Part shown: positions 63,088 through 64,000 of the stretch, piece after piece
How positions within the stretch are numbered: position 1 is the first letter of the stretch
How the letters are laid out: every line of letters begins with the position of its first letter
NCBI GenBank assembly: GCA_034780895.1
Contig: JAUZTB010000063.1
Span: 28,392,326-28,456,325, forward strand
Length of the DNA stretch: 64,000 nucleotides
Source of the DNA: Rhynchobatus australiae
Taxonomy: Eukaryota
Direction of reading: 5' to 3'
Notes under the pieces: model-generated
Told to the model about the DNA's origin: nothing
Seen by the model: the letters and a program-made list of their open reading frames with translations, nothing else
Databases searched by the model: none
Position numbers and translations under genes: made by a program

Positions 63088-63365
63088 TCATCCTCGCCCT
63101 ACTCCTGCTGCTTTATCTCCATTCCCTTCTTGTTGATTTATTTCAGACCTACTCTCTCTGCCTTTATCCCATCATTACTTTTGTTGCTTTATCCCAGTTC
63201 CAATACTCACTGCTTTATCTCACCTTCTACTCTTGCTGCTTTTGTCCAAGTCCCACTCTTGCTATTTTATTGCTGTCCCACTTTCAGTCTTTTATCGCTC
63301 TCCCACACTTATGTCCAAGGCCCTCTCTTACTATTTTATCCTTGTCCTACACTTGCTGCTGCTGC
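63088..63365. repeat. Degenerate minisatellite, ~11 units of ~25-27 bp (consensus ~CTACTCTTGCTGCTTTATCCCAGTC)
   Basis: Recurring units include cctactcctgctgctttatctcc, ttacttttgttgctttatcccag, ctactcttgctgcttttgtccaag and cctctcttactattttatccttg. Confidence 0.7.
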
Positions 63366-64000
63366 TTGTGTATAAATGAAAGAGAAAAGTTACTGTATTC
63401 TATTTGATTTATTAACCTTAAGAAGCCGTGAGATTGTTCTTTTCATGCTTCCAACATTACATTTTTTAAAATTAGTTGCATTTTGAGGTTAACTAACCTT
63501 TGTTTTGTTGATAGTTTGAAATACTGAACAGTGGTGCAATACTCCTTTATCTTGATTAAATTATTGATGCAAATTTCTGAGAAAATTTCAAATAGGACAT
63601 TTTGCATAGAATTATGTGGGATTTACTGCACAGAAATTGCCCATTTGATCTCACTGGTCAATGCCTGTGTTTATGTTCCCCATGAACCTTCTTGCATTCT
63701 ACTTCATCAAACACTGTCAGCATGTCCTAATTCCTTTCATCCTCATTTACTGCTATACGTTCGCTTTAAAACTATTTATCTCTGTTGCTCCCATATTGTA
63801 AAACATTTCCATTCATGACCACATTCTGGGTAAAGAAGTTTCCATTGTTTTCCAGAATTGATTTATTAATGACTTTCTTAGACCTAAGAGCCTTGGTTTT
63901 GGACTCTATTCAAATGCAACCAGAAAGAAGGAATAAACAGGTCTTTTACAGAGCAGTAGGTGGTAACTAGAGGGTTAGCGCTGGGTTCAGTGCTTGTATC

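Noticed and set aside
63088-63365. CRISPR-like periodic array
   Set aside because: Units are degenerate and adjacent with no unique spacers, there are no cas genes, and the context is vertebrate.

Overview
This is eukaryotic, AT-rich, gapped draft-assembly DNA. The repeat complement (HER1/CR1-type LINE 3' ends, a V-SINE, a Deu/SacSINE-type SINE, Rex-Babar LINEs and Penelope-like elements) points to a cartilaginous fish, probably a ray or skate; this is an inference. There is no intact protein-coding gene, tRNA/rRNA gene, CRISPR array or prokaryotic system. The window reads as a long intron or gene desert packed with decayed transposable elements: CR1, L2, Crack/Daphne-like and Rex-Babar LINEs, Penelope-like elements, two related solo-LTR-like sequences, a Gypsy gag remnant and Harbinger Myb/SANT gene remnants. 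Four signals stand out. (i) Short fold-back elements are built from Penelope pseudo-LTRs carrying decayed minimal hammerhead ribozyme cores, and one is a 157-bp insertion with an 11-bp target-site duplication. (ii) There is a 185-bp inverted repeat with 4 mismatches around an 804-bp spacer. (iii) There is a well-formed 36-nt candidate microexon on the + strand. (iv) Several repeat-free blocks look like conserved non-coding elements. All repeat family assignments come from recognising motifs by eye, and the boundaries of decayed elements are approximate.
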